A stretch of DNA of 64,000 nt, from positions 32,001 through 96,000 of the IMG/VR virus record IMGVR_UViG_3300013232_000047, one strand, 5' to 3'. The notes beneath the pieces were generated by a model. It was not told the origin of the DNA. It saw nothing but the letters and a program-made list of their open reading frames with translations, and ran no database searches. Of the stretch, positions 17,889 to 26,636 are shown in pieces (position 1 is the first letter of the stretch; each line of letters begins with the position of its first letter). The position numbers were made by a program, and so were the translations under genes. The stretch comes from a virus.

Positions 17889-18254
17889 ATGTACATGTAC
17901 ATTAAGCCAAAAGTCTACAAAAAGGGTTGGGGCCGTGAACACTGGCTACACAATTCTGAGAAATACGCCTTCAAGATTTTGGAGTTCAAAAAGGGTGGAC
18001 GTAGCAGTCTCCACTTTCACGCGAAGAAAACGAAGACGTGGTTCGTTGAGTCTGGTGGGTTTGAGGTAGTGTTTGTAGACGGTGCGAATGCAAAGCGCAT
18101 CAAGCTTACAGTTACCCAAGGTATGGTGTTTCACATTCTGCCCGGCATTCCGCACCAAGTTCGTTGCTTTATGGCGGGTAGAATATTTGAGGCTAGCACC
18201 CAGCACTTTGAGGACGACAGTTATCGCATCGAAAAAGGCGGTATCTGCCATTGA
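17889..18254 (+). CDS. Cupin (mannose-6-phosphate isomerase-like)
   Basis: KGWGRE..SSLHFH..PGIPHQ..EAST motifs. Confidence 0.85.
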   Translation: MYMYIKPKVYKKGWGREHWLHNSEKYAFKILEFKKGGRSSLHFHAKKTKTWFVESGGFEVVFVDGANAKRIKLTVTQGMVFHILPGIPHQVRCFMAGRIFEASTQHFEDDSYRIEKGGICH

Positions 18255-18257
18255 TTT

Positions 18258-18382
18258 TGACGGGTCGAACTGAATACGGGTTATCATATGTAAAATGAAC
18301 AACGTGAGTTCAATTCTCACCCATGGCTCCAAATGCCATGGCCTTGGAGGTAAACACTCCGTGTCTAAAACCTTACCCGTCA
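18258..18382 (+). ncRNA. Y RNA-like (YrlA-like, T arm plus acceptor-like hairpin)
   Basis: CGGGTCGAA..GGTTATC..CTTACCCG closing stem; internal GTGAG-TTCAATT-CTCAC then CCATGGC-TCCAAAT-GCCATGG. Confidence 0.7.
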
Positions 18383-18387
18383 TTATC

Positions 18388-18463
18388 GGTCAGTTAGCTC
18401 ATTTGGTAGAGCAGCGTCTCGATAAGGCGCAGGCGGCTGGATCGTAGCCAGCACTGACCACCA
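18388..18463 (+). tRNA. tRNA-Ile(GAT)
   Basis: GCGTC-TCGATAA-GGCGC, CCA; C33. Confidence 0.85.
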
Positions 18464-18469
18464 ATTTAC

Positions 18470-18545
18470 GTCGGAGTAGCTCAGATGGAAGAGCAGAAGA
18501 CTGAAAATCTTCGTGTCACCAGCTCGAAACTGGTCTCCGGCACCA
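18470..18545 (+). tRNA. tRNA-Phe(GAA)
   Basis: GAAGA-CTGAAAA-TCTTC, CCA. Confidence 0.92.
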
Positions 18546-18548
18546 TTT

Positions 18549-18612
18549 CTGCGAGTCGAACAGCATCGGTTATCTTTGGATGAAAATCCGATGCGAATTA
18601 ACTTACTTGCAG
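18549..18612 (+). ncRNA. Short Y RNA-like
   Basis: GAGTCGAA..GGTTATC..ACTTACTT motif shared with the other Y-like RNAs. Confidence 0.6.
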
Positions 18613-18616
18613 GATT

Positions 18617-18695
18617 GTCCGTGAGCGCAAAGTCGTCGAGCGACCTGCCCTTCAAGCAGGAAATCTAAGGGGTGCGAGTCCCCTCACGGATACCA
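18617..18695 (+). tRNA. tRNA-Glu(TTC)
   Basis: CCTGC-CCTTCAA-GCAGG, CCA; C33. Confidence 0.82.
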
Positions 18696-18702
18696 ATTTA
18701 AC

Positions 18703-18777
18703 GGCCCGTTCGGCTATCAGCTAGGCCATCGGATTCTCAATCCGGGAAAGCGAGGGCGGCACTCGCACGGGCTACCA
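18703..18777 (+). tRNA. tRNA-Glu(CTC)
   Basis: TCGGA-TTCTCAA-TCCGG, CCA. Confidence 0.88.
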
Positions 18778-18792
18778 TCTTGTAATTAGGAT

Positions 18793-19236
18793 ATGACACG
18801 TGTTGAGTTTATTGTAGCTTCTTTGCTGGAATCTCCGGTGCGTGTGAGGCTTACGCATCTAGAGCCGAAGGGTCCTCCTGTTTGGAAGAAGCCCGCTGAA
18901 ATTCGAATGGTGCGGCTACAACCTGTGGACGAGTGGACTTCTTTTTGGAGCAACGGACACGGTGCTGTAAACGTGAAAGACCGTTTGAAGCGCGAACATT
19001 GGGATGCTTATCTGTCAGCGATGCGAGCTTTGAATGCTTATTTGAAACGTGAGTCGTTTATGGTAGATGCTTCTGGTTGGACGCTTAAAATGCCAGATGG
19101 CTACTGTATCGTTGGTAAGGGATCGCAAGGTGTTAGCTTTTTTGGTTCGGATATGTCTTCAAGAGAAAGAGGCAAAGAGATGGATAACCCTATCCTTCCT
19201 GAGTACGAAAATCGCACGTGGCGAAGGGGCTTTTAA
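18793..19236 (+). CDS. Hypothetical protein with IVASLLE leader
   Basis: 147-aa ORF after GTAATTAG motif. Confidence 0.65.
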   Translation: MTRVEFIVASLLESPVRVRLTHLEPKGPPVWKKPAEIRMVRLQPVDEWTSFWSNGHGAVNVKDRLKREHWDAYLSAMRALNAYLKRESFMVDASGWTLKMPDGYCIVGKGSQGVSFFGSDMSSRERGKEMDNPILPEYENRTWRRGF

Positions 19237-19253
19237 ATAACTGTTTTTTCTAG

Positions 19254-19281
19254 TTGACGAACAGATTAAATCTGTTACTTT
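19254..19281 (+). promoter_or_regulatory. Sigma70-type promoter, leaderless
   Basis: TTGACG-16-TACTTT, ATG 6 nt downstream. Confidence 0.6.
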
Positions 19282-19287
19282 TATCAC

Positions 19288-19509
19288 ATGAACGCGAAAT
19301 TTTTAGCTGAATCTATAAACAATGTGAGTGATGTTAAAGACGCATGTCGTCATCTGCGCACCGTGAGTGTTGTTGAGCGCGATGCAGCGTGTGGCCAAAT
19401 CCACGACGCTTGCTGCAGACTAAATGACAAGCTGTGTCACCAATACGCTAGTGACGCGATGTACTTTACTCTCTTTGGTAAAGAATTCGTAAAAGCTTTG
19501 CCCCTGTAA
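19288..19509 (+). CDS. Small hypothetical protein
   Basis: 73-aa ORF behind promoter. Confidence 0.6.
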   Translation: MNAKFLAESINNVSDVKDACRHLRTVSVVERDAACGQIHDACCRLNDKLCHQYASDAMYFTLFGKEFVKALPL

Positions 19510-19525
19510 GTTTCGCCTATCACTT

Positions 19526-20188
19526 CTATTGCTTCGGTGGTCTACATGCTGGCGTGTACTGACCACCGTTTTCACGTAAAGCCTGTAGCGCGGCAACTAT
19601 CGGCACAGGTCTTCGCCCCATTCCAGAGTACCAGTAATGCGTTACTAAGGCGTCGGGGCAGAACGTTGAATCTGGGTTTTGTATAACAGCATCGGAGACT
19701 ATGTCTACATTTTCGTGAATAACGTTGAAATCACCTAGTATAGCTTTGAACGTATGTTGTTCCCAGAGCTGGTTACTGCTGAATCGTTGGTGAGATGCTA
19801 ATGACATTTCGCCCAAAAACAGCCATGTGGCCAAAAGTTGAACTGACCAAGCACAGTTTTTAAGGGCGAATACGCCGCAGCATACGCCACAAGAATCTGA
19901 AGAAATCAGCATTGGTTTTACAGTGCTTTGGAACAGATCTACGAGTGTGCGTTGCCTGTTTACGAATACCGCATCTGCATCAATCCAGAATATCCAGTCA
20001 CAATTGGCTATTTCCTGCTGGATTACGCGTAACTTGTTCCACGAAGGATTCAGGTTAGGATCAGGTAAGCTTCGATAGCACACGAAATCATAGCCGTGGC
20101 TCTGCGCGTAATGCCGATTGAGTTCGCAGGTGACGTCGCCGATGGCGCTCATTGCGTCATCATAAAGTGTCACGATTTTAATGCGCAT
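19526..20188 (-). CDS. Glycosyltransferase, GT34 (MNN10/GMA12)-like
   Basis: YAQSHGYDF, PSWNKL, DWIFWIDADAVF, WEQ motifs. Confidence 0.85.
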   Translation of the reverse strand: MRIKIVTLYDDAMSAIGDVTCELNRHYAQSHGYDFVCYRSLPDPNLNPSWNKLRVIQQEIANCDWIFWIDADAVFVNRQRTLVDLFQSTVKPMLISSDSCGVCCGVFALKNCAWSVQLLATWLFLGEMSLASHQRFSSNQLWEQHTFKAILGDFNVIHENVDIVSDAVIQNPDSTFCPDALVTHYWYSGMGRRPVPIVAALQALRENGGQYTPACRPPKQ

Positions 20189-20189
20189 G

Positions 20190-21320
20190 CTAGTCTGGCA
20201 AGTCGCCGTGCTTTTTAAGTTCTTCGAGTTTTGGAGCGGGATCTGCGAGTCCGCCGATGACGGTGTAGACTGTCAGGTTGTCCTTGTTGCCTCGGTAAAT
20301 GCCACGGTGTACCGTATTTCCCGGCTTAAGCATGCGATTCATTTGATCAAAAGCGTGATCGAGGTTCAGCTGCGGTATCGAGGAAAGAACACCTACTCCG
20401 CCGATAATGACTACCCCGGCTACGCTGCCTGTGCCCAAGTCCACGTCTCCGGAAAGCAGGTTTTTCTTCAGATTGTTGCGGACGGCATAGCTGATGTCCG
20501 TGGCGTCATTCCATTTTACGACAGGCGTTGCACCGAAGGTAATGAGACCTGAGTCAAATACCGTCTTTAGATCATTCACGTCAAAGCTGCTGTAGTGGCT
20601 GTGTTTTACAGACACCGTGTTGAACAGGTGAAGCAGGCTGCATACGCTCATGTTTGCAGTGTCCCAGAACGGGTCTACGGCAAGCGATGGATACATCTTT
20701 CCGATCTTCTCGTTGTCACAGATAATGAGGGGGGATATGACGCCTTTATCCCGGAGGAATAGCAGATCCTTTAAGGTGTTGTAGGCATTTACACTGACTT
20801 TCTTACCTTCTGAAATCTTGGGTAAGGCAACGATGACACCCACTTTTTCGGAAGGGCAGCGAAGGGCTTTCTGAAGTTCGACGGCGGTGTCTACAAGGTG
20901 TACTGCAGTGCCAGCGCCGGTTCCTCCGCCCGCTCCTACGCAGACGAAGATGCGCTCAAAGCCCTGACCAAATGAACGGCGCATAAAATCAAGGACATCT
21001 TCCTTGCGTTCATGCATAAGCGCCTTGGCTACTGACGGGTTCTTACCTGCGCCTCCAGTGCCAAAGCATAGCTTGCGATCAGCTGGCAATTGGATATGGG
21101 TTAGGTCTTGTTCTGCTGTGTTGATACAGCAGACGCGTTTGTATCCCATTTTGTAAAATGTGGCAGCTAGCCGGGAGCCACCTTGGCCGCTGCCAATGAA
21201 GGCGAATTTGAAACCAGCCTGAAAGTCGTCAATAATTTCTTGATTTGCGACTTCTTCGGGCATTGGGATTTCTGGCACATTTACGTCAAATTCTACTGCG
21301 TTATTGGCTTCATCACTCAT
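20190..21320 (-). CDS. Tubulin/FtsZ-family GTPase
   Basis: IGSGQGG, INTA..D, GAGKNP, GAGGGTGAG signature, DNE, FDVND. Confidence 0.93.
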   Translation of the reverse strand: MSDEANNAVEFDVNVPEIPMPEEVANQEIIDDFQAGFKFAFIGSGQGGSRLAATFYKMGYKRVCCINTAEQDLTHIQLPADRKLCFGTGGAGKNPSVAKALMHERKEDVLDFMRRSFGQGFERIFVCVGAGGGTGAGTAVHLVDTAVELQKALRCPSEKVGVIVALPKISEGKKVSVNAYNTLKDLLFLRDKGVISPLIICDNEKIGKMYPSLAVDPFWDTANMSVCSLLHLFNTVSVKHSHYSSFDVNDLKTVFDSGLITFGATPVVKWNDATDISYAVRNNLKKNLLSGDVDLGTGSVAGVVIIGGVGVLSSIPQLNLDHAFDQMNRMLKPGNTVHRGIYRGNKDNLTVYTVIGGLADPAPKLEELKKHGDLPD

Positions 21321-21347
21321 AACTTAGATACAGAACAGATTTTTAGT

Positions 21348-21423
21348 GCTCCCGTAGCTCAGTTTATAGAGCGTCGCTTTCCTAGGGCGAATGTCGCTGG
21401 CGAGATCCCAGCCGGGAGTGCCA
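21348..21423 (+). tRNA. tRNA-Arg(CCT)
   Basis: TCGCT-TTCCTAG-GGCGA, CCA. Confidence 0.88.
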
Positions 21424-22105
21424 ATTTATTCACGGCAAGGGACTGAGTTTGTTTAAGGGAGTCTGTGGGGGTGCGTGATGTCATATTTTCGGTCTCTATT
21501 GGAGTACCGTTCATAAAGTAATAGCAGGACATGTCTGGGTGATTGTCCCACGTCATGTTGAGTCGTTTCAAAACGTGCATGTTGATACGGTCCGTAGACA
21601 AGTAATCTGCCCAACCCGTTGGTCCGAAGTCAGTATCTGCGTGGCCACCGCCGAAAGCCCATGTGTGCCAGTCTTTGTAAGCGTCATCAAGGAGAACTTG
21701 GCTATTAAAAATGCGTTCGGCGGCGCTGCGCCAGAAGCCTTGGCAGCCTCCTTGGATGTGTTCCTGAATGTGATTTTTACCCAGTAGGGTGCCAAAGCAG
21801 TCAGCTGCAGGGATGACTTTAAGCGGTCTATTTACGTGAGCATCTGGATCTATTTTGAAGATGAGCTCACCTTGTTCCTTTAAGCCTTCTCGAAATAAAC
21901 GGTCCCACCAAAGGGCTCCGCTGGCTTGATTTTTCATGGGAGTGCTTTGAACGAATCGGGCATTTATGTCCATTAGATCAGATCGAATTCTATCTGCAAT
22001 TAGCACGATTGAAGCCGTCGGGTATGCGCGGTAGATCAGATCAACTGATTCTTGAATGGCTACTTTTTGTTCACAAGCGACAGTCATCGCCCAAATAGTT
22101 TTCAT
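21359..22105 (-). CDS. Glycosyltransferase-like protein; true end probably 21453 via frameshift
   Basis: FKIDPDA, IQGGCQGF; -1 frame gives YDITHPHRLP* before the tRNA. Confidence 0.65.
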   Translation of the reverse strand: MKTIWAMTVACEQKVAIQESVDLIYRAYPTASIVLIADRIRSDLMDINARFVQSTPMKNQASGALWWDRLFREGLKEQGELIFKIDPDAHVNRPLKVIPAADCFGTLLGKNHIQEHIQGGCQGFWRSAAERIFNSQVLLDDAYKDWHTWAFGGGHADTDFGPTGWADYLSTDRINMHVLKRLNMTWDNHPDMSCYYFMNGTPIETENMTSRTPTDSLKQTQSLAVNKLALPAGISPATFALGKRRSIN

Positions 22106-22125
22106 AGCGTATTAGAACTTAATTT

Positions 22126-22201
22126 GCTCGCGTAGCTCAGTTTATAGAGCGCAGCCCTGCGAAGGCTGAGGTCGTTGGTGAGACTCCAACCGCGAGCACC
22201 A
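22126..22201 (+). tRNA. tRNA-Arg(GCG)
   Basis: CAGCC-CTGCGAA-GGCTG, CCA. Confidence 0.88.
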
Positions 22202-22244
22202 TCGTATTTAAAAAGACGGTTACCGTTCTTTCTAGTAACAGTAT

Positions 22245-22862
22245 ATGATACGAAAATTATTTACGCCGTTGTTTACACCAATGTCTGATGCAGGCATGCT
22301 AGATCCGGGTAGGGCTGTAAACATTGCTCACTACGCTCTTCAGTGCTCAGAACTGCCGGGTGCAATGGTTGAGTTTGGATGCTATAACGGTTGTTCATCT
22401 GCAGTCTTAGCGGTAGTGGCTGATAAGCCGCTTTACGTCTATGACAGCTTTGAGGGGTTGCCAGAGCGTGCGCCACAAGATGTAGGAGCACACGAATCAT
22501 TCAAAGCTGGATCGCTGGCTGTCGGCGAACATGAGATTCATGCTCTTTTTGCCAAATACGATCTGCGCAAGCCGATTGTTTGGAAGCTCTGGTTTAATCA
22601 GGTTGGACCTGAGCATCTGCCAGAGAGCATCTGTTTTGCTTATCTGGACGGTGATTTTTACACCAGCATTCGCGATAGTTTGAGCCTCGTTTATCCACGG
22701 ATGGTGCCGGGTGCAGCCTGCATCATTGACGACTACGGTTGGGAGGCTTTGAGTGGTGTTAAGATCGCAGTTGATGAATACATGGCTGATAAGCCTGAAA
22801 AGGTGAAACAGCTCGTGACTGGGAATCCTAGTGGTCTTCACGCCGTTTTCATAAAGATTTAG
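22245..22862 (+). CDS. TylF/MycF/NovP-family O-methyltransferase
   Basis: GAMVEFGCYNG, YDSFEGLP, FAYLDGDFY, IIDDY. Confidence 0.92.
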   Translation: MIRKLFTPLFTPMSDAGMLDPGRAVNIAHYALQCSELPGAMVEFGCYNGCSSAVLAVVADKPLYVYDSFEGLPERAPQDVGAHESFKAGSLAVGEHEIHALFAKYDLRKPIVWKLWFNQVGPEHLPESICFAYLDGDFYTSIRDSLSLVYPRMVPGAACIIDDYGWEALSGVKIAVDEYMADKPEKVKQLVTGNPSGLHAVFIKI

Positions 22863-22869
22863 TCAGTAG

Positions 22870-22943
22870 ATCCCGCTTGCATAATAGAAGTGCCTGAATC
22901 CTACAAATTCAAGGTGGCGGTGCGACTCCGTCGCGGGATACCA
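22870..22943 (+). tRNA. tRNA-Val(TAC)
   Basis: TGAAT-CCTACAA-ATTCA, CCA; C33. Confidence 0.82.
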
Positions 22944-22947
22944 TTTT

Positions 22948-23023
22948 GCCAGTATGCCTCAGCAGCTACAGGATTGGTTTTGTAAACCAATATTCGGCGG
23001 TGCGAGTCCGCCTACTGGCTCCA
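22948..23023 (+). tRNA. tRNA-Thr(TGT)
   Basis: TTGGT-TTTGTAA-ACCAA, CCA. Confidence 0.88.
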
Positions 23024-23026
23024 GAT

Positions 23027-23103
23027 GTGGCCGTAGCTCAATTTAGCTAGAGCCGTGGATTGTGAATCCACCTATACGGATGCGAATTCCGTCGGCCACC
23101 CCA
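23027..23103 (+). tRNA. tRNA-His(GTG)
   Basis: GTGGA-TTGTGAA-TCCAC, C73, CCA; position -1 is T rather than G. Confidence 0.9.
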
Positions 23104-23107
23104 AGTC

Positions 23108-23182
23108 AGCCCGTTGGTCGAGTAGTAAGGCATCCGTCTGCAAAACGGAATTACGCTGGTGCGATTCCAGTACGGGCTTCCA
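23108..23182 (+). tRNA. tRNA-Cys(GCA)
   Basis: TCCGT-CTGCAAA-ACGGA, U73, CCA. Confidence 0.9.
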
Positions 23183-23202
23183 ATTTGTTTTGTATTTAGG
23201 GC

Positions 23203-23547
23203 ATGTTCAGTATCGCACGCGTTATGCAATCCAATGTTTTTAAAGTGGTTAGAGCGCTTCTTGAAAATGAGAAAATTCCTGCCCCAACAGGAAGCGGTCG
23301 CATCGTGCGCATAAGAACACCTGAAGGTGAAATCAAAGGCAACTGGAATGGCTACTATGATCTGCGTCATGTTGGTGCCGGTACGCATCATTCTATTGGC
23401 TATATAGACGCAAATGGCCAGTGGACTCATGGGATGCTCAAATCCGGTTACGAGCTTTTAGATCCAGTGCCTTCTTTCGAAGAATGGACTAAAGAAAATG
23501 AGCGTAAGGACGCGGAGCGCAGAGCTCGTAAGGATCAGATATACTAG
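23203..23547 (+). CDS. Hypothetical protein with VVRALLE leader
   Basis: 114-aa ORF after GTATTTAG motif, between tRNAs. Confidence 0.65.
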   Translation: MFSIARVMQSNVFKVVRALLENEKIPAPTGSGRIVRIRTPEGEIKGNWNGYYDLRHVGAGTHHSIGYIDANGQWTHGMLKSGYELLDPVPSFEEWTKENERKDAERRARKDQIY

Positions 23548-23557
23548 AAATTTTAAT

Positions 23558-23632
23558 GCGGCATAGGTGCTGATAGACGCACGTGAGTTTTCCGAACTTG
23601 AGGAGTGGGCGCGATACCCACATGCCGCTCCA
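23558..23632 (+). tRNA. tRNA-Gly(TCC)
   Basis: TGAGT-TTTCCGA-ACTTG, GCG acceptor, U73, CCA. Confidence 0.82.
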
Positions 23633-23635
23633 GAT

Positions 23636-23710
23636 GTCACGCATTGGATACGTCACGGTGTGACCCGGCCTGTAGCCGGGATATTGTTGGTGTGATCTCA
23701 GTGCGTGGCT
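23636..23710 (+). pseudogene. Degenerate tRNA (loop CCTGTAG, identity unclear)
   Basis: Acceptor-like and anticodon-like stems present, T arm broken, no CCA. Confidence 0.45.
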
Positions 23711-23716
23711 TTATTT

Positions 23717-23787
23717 CGCAGCAGGTCAAGTGACTGCGATGGTCCCATAAGCCGTCTAGCCCGGCGCGATACCGGGTGCTGCGACCA
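23717..23787 (+). tRNA. tRNA-Met(CAT), atypical
   Basis: ATGGT-CCCATAA-GCCGT, short D arm, CCA. Confidence 0.72.
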
Positions 23788-23819
23788 CTTTTTTCAAGGT
23801 AATGTGCGTAGTTAAGACG

Positions 23820-24488
23820 ATGAATCCGAATTATAATCCGAATGTTGCCGGTGCTGAAAGAACCAGCATTTTCAGTTGGGCTTATCATCCGACTGGTTAC
23901 GTAAACACTGACGCTGGACCTTCGGCAGCTGGAATGGACCCGGATTTGGAAATCGGAACAGCCGGGACAACTACGTCTGCGCTCAGCTGGCTTATCTCTG
24001 GGAGGTTTACACAGAGCGGCACAGGCATGGGTGGTATGGGCCTCGTGTTTCCTGCTGTGGGCACGGCTGCAACGACAGGTGATGGCAACTACGCTATTAC
24101 GGTGCCTGATGGCTATAGTGGCACGGCTACTCCGCTTGGAATCGGTGGAACATTTTCACCTCTTTTCCGAGTGTATACAAATGTTGCGGCCAGCGCGATT
24201 AATCAGGATTACGCTTTCACACCTACACCTTCAGCTTCGATCCTTATTTCAGGCACTATTGCTGAAGACGGCACAGGTTTTAGCACAGCTATTCTTGCCA
24301 CTGGTTTGTTACCAACCTTCTGGAGTGCTTCTAACGGCAGCTACGGTATATCTGTAGATTCTGGATATAGCGGCACAATTCGTCCTGTTCACATTGTTGC
24401 GGGTACATTCGTGCCTGAAAACCGTGTATACACCAACGTTCTGGCTCCTTACACTGCTCAGAATTTCGCTTACTCTGGCACAGTCTAA
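23820..24488 (+). CDS. Beta-rich repeat protein, paralog of 12185-13252
   Basis: Two GYSGT..GTF.P..RVYTNV..QDY/QNF repeats; GTAGTTAAG motif before ATG. Confidence 0.75.
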   Translation: MNPNYNPNVAGAERTSIFSWAYHPTGYVNTDAGPSAAGMDPDLEIGTAGTTTSALSWLISGRFTQSGTGMGGMGLVFPAVGTAATTGDGNYAITVPDGYSGTATPLGIGGTFSPLFRVYTNVAASAINQDYAFTPTPSASILISGTIAEDGTGFSTAILATGLLPTFWSASNGSYGISVDSGYSGTIRPVHIVAGTFVPENRVYTNVLAPYTAQNFAYSGTV

Positions 24489-24494
24489 TTTTAC

Positions 24495-24570
24495 GCCTCC
24501 CTAGCTCAACTACTAGAGCATCTGGCTCTTAACCAGAATGTTGTGAGTGGAAATCTCACGGGTGGCACCA
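24495..24570 (+). tRNA. tRNA-Lys(CTT)
   Basis: TCTGG-CTCTTAA-CCAGA, CCA. Confidence 0.9.
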
Positions 24571-24573
24571 TTT

Positions 24574-24645
24574 GCCGATACCGCCAGCGCGGATGCGAGT
24601 TCCGTAAACTTGCAGTGGTTGGAGCGACACCAACTATCGGCTCCA
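24574..24645 (+). tRNA. tRNA-Thr(CGT), atypical
   Basis: CGAGT-TCCGTAA-ACTTG, short D arm, CCA; C33. Confidence 0.72.
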
Positions 24646-24646
24646 C

Positions 24647-24721
24647 GGGGGTGTAGCTCAACAGTAGAGCAGCGGAGAGACAATCCGAAGGTCGTTGGGG
24701 CGGCACCAACCATTCCCACCA
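24647..24721 (+). tRNA. tRNA-Val(GAC), atypical
   Basis: CGGA-GAGACAA-TCCG, CCA; G32/A33. Confidence 0.78.
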
Positions 24722-24771
24722 TTTTTTCATTTTCTGCGAAGAAAATGAGGTTCATGTGCGGATATAGTAGT

Positions 24772-25005
24772 ATGACTACACATGAACTTGTTAATCTGGA
24801 GATTGATTATCTGACTCGCGTAACGAAAAAAGCTAATCGTATACAACTTCGGGAAGAGCTGTTGGCACATCCAGACCGTTTTGCTGACAGTGAACTGGCA
24901 GCCTTGCTGTTCTTTGGAGATGAGTATGAACTGACAGCTTTGTCGTTCTTAGGAAATGAATATGAGTATGAACATTCCAATGCAGCCCATGCCGGTAGCG
25001 TATAG
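24772..25005 (+). CDS. Small hypothetical protein
   Basis: ATG at 24772 within the 24547 ORF; the upstream part overlaps tRNAs and is not coding. Confidence 0.5.
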   Translation: MTTHELVNLEIDYLTRVTKKANRIQLREELLAHPDRFADSELAALLFFGDEYELTALSFLGNEYEYEHSNAAHAGSV

Positions 25006-25228
25006 ACTCGTCTATTCGAACGATGCTACTGAGTTTGAAAACACCATAAACAGCCTGCTTAAAAAGGGTTGGACATTTCATGGTCCAACCATTGTGAAGC
25101 TTCTAGGCGAACACGGCGGACAAGGCTGGTACCAGCCTATGATTCAGCTTGAAGTCCAACCTGTTAAGATGGGCAAGATGGATACTCTCGACATTGTGTC
25201 TCCGATGAGTGGCATAATGACACGTTAA
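24956..25228 (+). CDS. DUF1737-like small protein
   Basis: YRLV..FENTINSLLKKGWTFHG..YQPMI pattern. Confidence 0.65.
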   Translation: MNMSMNIPMQPMPVAYRLVYSNDATEFENTINSLLKKGWTFHGPTIVKLLGEHGGQGWYQPMIQLEVQPVKMGKMDTLDIVSPMSGIMTR

Positions 25229-25304
25229 GCTCCCGTAGCTCAATTACTAGAGCAATTGTCTTCGGAACAATTGGTTGCAGGTGGGATTCCTGCCGGGAGT
25301 ACCA
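25229..25304 (+). tRNA. tRNA-Arg(TCG)
   Basis: ATTGT-CTTCGGA-ACAAT, CCA. Confidence 0.88.
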
Positions 25305-25306
25305 CT

Positions 25307-26287
25307 TTACAGAGATGACGGGCCACCCATGCTTGGGTAAAACGAAGCTTTGGGTGGCGGACCTTTAAGCTCAGGAGTCAACCCGGCTTTTTTGGCAGTG
25401 GCGTAATAGTCTTTCCGCTCAGCATGATGATGGCTGCGTATGACTTCAGCTGTTGCCGGGTCGCTGGTGTGCTCACGTTCAACCTTACGTCCAGCTTTCT
25501 TTTCCCAGTCTGAAACGTTCTTTACGTCGGCTTTGGGCTTAAGCGCCTCTGTCTGACGGAGAGTAGCGTAGTGATTTGGATTATCGGCGATGTTTGCTAG
25601 TACAGTCTCTTTGGCTTTTTCGTAGTCACCGAGGCGGCGAAATTCGTAACGAATAGCTGGGGCCAGTTTTATGGCATCAAAAGGTGAGTTCGGAGCTTCG
25701 CCCCATTCGTTTATAAGGAGGTCCATAACGATGTGTCCTGCGCTTTCTTTGGTGTAGAATATGCCGCTGTCTAAACAATCGTCTGCACAGCCTTGGCACA
25801 TAGGGGTGCCTGTTTCGTCCTTCATGTCTGACCGATAAACGGTTGTTCGAGCAGGTTTGTAGCATTTACCTTGGCAGACTGGGCAGCCGGGATCACCACA
25901 TTCGCAGAAATGCGGCGGTGGAATTTTCACGCGCTGCCGGGGCACAGTAGGGTCCAAGGCTTCTTGGGCGGGTTGGGTGAACTGTTTGGCGAGTTTCTGT
26001 AACAGCTCGTTTTTGATATTTTTGGGCGACTGCTTTTGATTTAAAACATAGTCTCTGGCGTTGAAGTCGCTACCTTCGGTTTCGTTAGGAATTATCCAGC
26101 CTCTGCTTTCTAATTCCTTTTGAAAACCTTGGTCTATGACGGGTCCAGCACCAACTCCGTTAGTAGCCCGGCCCCACACCTCCGGTGACAGGTCCATAAC
26201 CTGAATGTGCCAGCCATGTTCTGGCCAATACTGTCCTTTAGCAGGGTACTGTTTGCCATCGTACTGGTTTTTTACCAAAAAGTTCAT
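25307..26287 (-). CDS. Multi-module hypothetical protein with Cys cluster and DUF5661-like C-terminus
   Basis: CECGDPGCPVC..CQGC; GRKVEREHTSDP..DYY; TAGTTAA motif upstream. Confidence 0.7.
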   Translation of the reverse strand: MNFLVKNQYDGKQYPAKGQYWPEHGWHIQVMDLSPEVWGRATNGVGAGPVIDQGFQKELESRGWIIPNETEGSDFNARDYVLNQKQSPKNIKNELLQKLAKQFTQPAQEALDPTVPRQRVKIPPPHFCECGDPGCPVCQGKCYKPARTTVYRSDMKDETGTPMCQGCADDCLDSGIFYTKESAGHIVMDLLINEWGEAPNSPFDAIKLAPAIRYEFRRLGDYEKAKETVLANIADNPNHYATLRQTEALKPKADVKNVSDWEKKAGRKVEREHTSDPATAEVIRSHHHAERKDYYATAKKAGLTPELKGPPPKASFYPSMGGPSSL

Positions 26288-26305
26288 TTGATTTAACTAC
26301 ACATT

Positions 26306-26389
26306 GGGGATGTGGTTTACCCAGAATAGCAGATGGGACTCATTCAGATTGAGACAGCCTTGGAGGTGCGATTCCTCTTATCCCCACCA
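26306..26389 (+). tRNA. tRNA-Leu(CAG), atypical
   Basis: CTCA-TTCAGAT-TGAG, expanded D region, short variable region, CCA. Confidence 0.65.
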
Positions 26390-26397
26390 ATTTAAAT

Positions 26398-26474
26398 GCC
26401 CACGTAGCCCAACAGCAAGAGGCGCTAGTTTTAGGAACTAGCTGTTGTCGGTGCGAATCCGACCGTGGGTACCA
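26398..26474 (+). tRNA. tRNA-Leu(TAG)
   Basis: CTAGT-TTTAGGA-ACTAG, short variable arm, CCA. Confidence 0.88.
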
Positions 26475-26480
26475 ATTTGT

Positions 26481-26555
26481 GCCCCCGTAGCCCAACGCAG
26501 AGGCAACGGGTTTAAGCTCCGTTAAGTGCAGGTTCAAGACCTGTCGGGGGCACCA
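26481..26555 (+). tRNA. tRNA-Leu(TAA)
   Basis: ACGGG-TTTAAGC-TCCGT, short variable arm, CCA. Confidence 0.88.
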
Positions 26556-26558
26556 TGA

Positions 26559-26636
26559 CGCGCCGTAGCCCAACTAGCAGGAGGCAGCAGTTTCAAAAAC
26601 TGAACAGTGCAGGTGCGAATCCTGTCGGCGCGACCA
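26559..26636 (+). tRNA. tRNA-Leu(CAA)
   Basis: CAGT-TTCAAAA-ACTG, short variable arm, CCA. Confidence 0.88.

Noticed and set aside
20190-21320. Evidence of a nucleus-forming phage
   Set aside because: Tubulin alone is insufficient; no chimallin or multisubunit RNA polymerase is recognisable in this window
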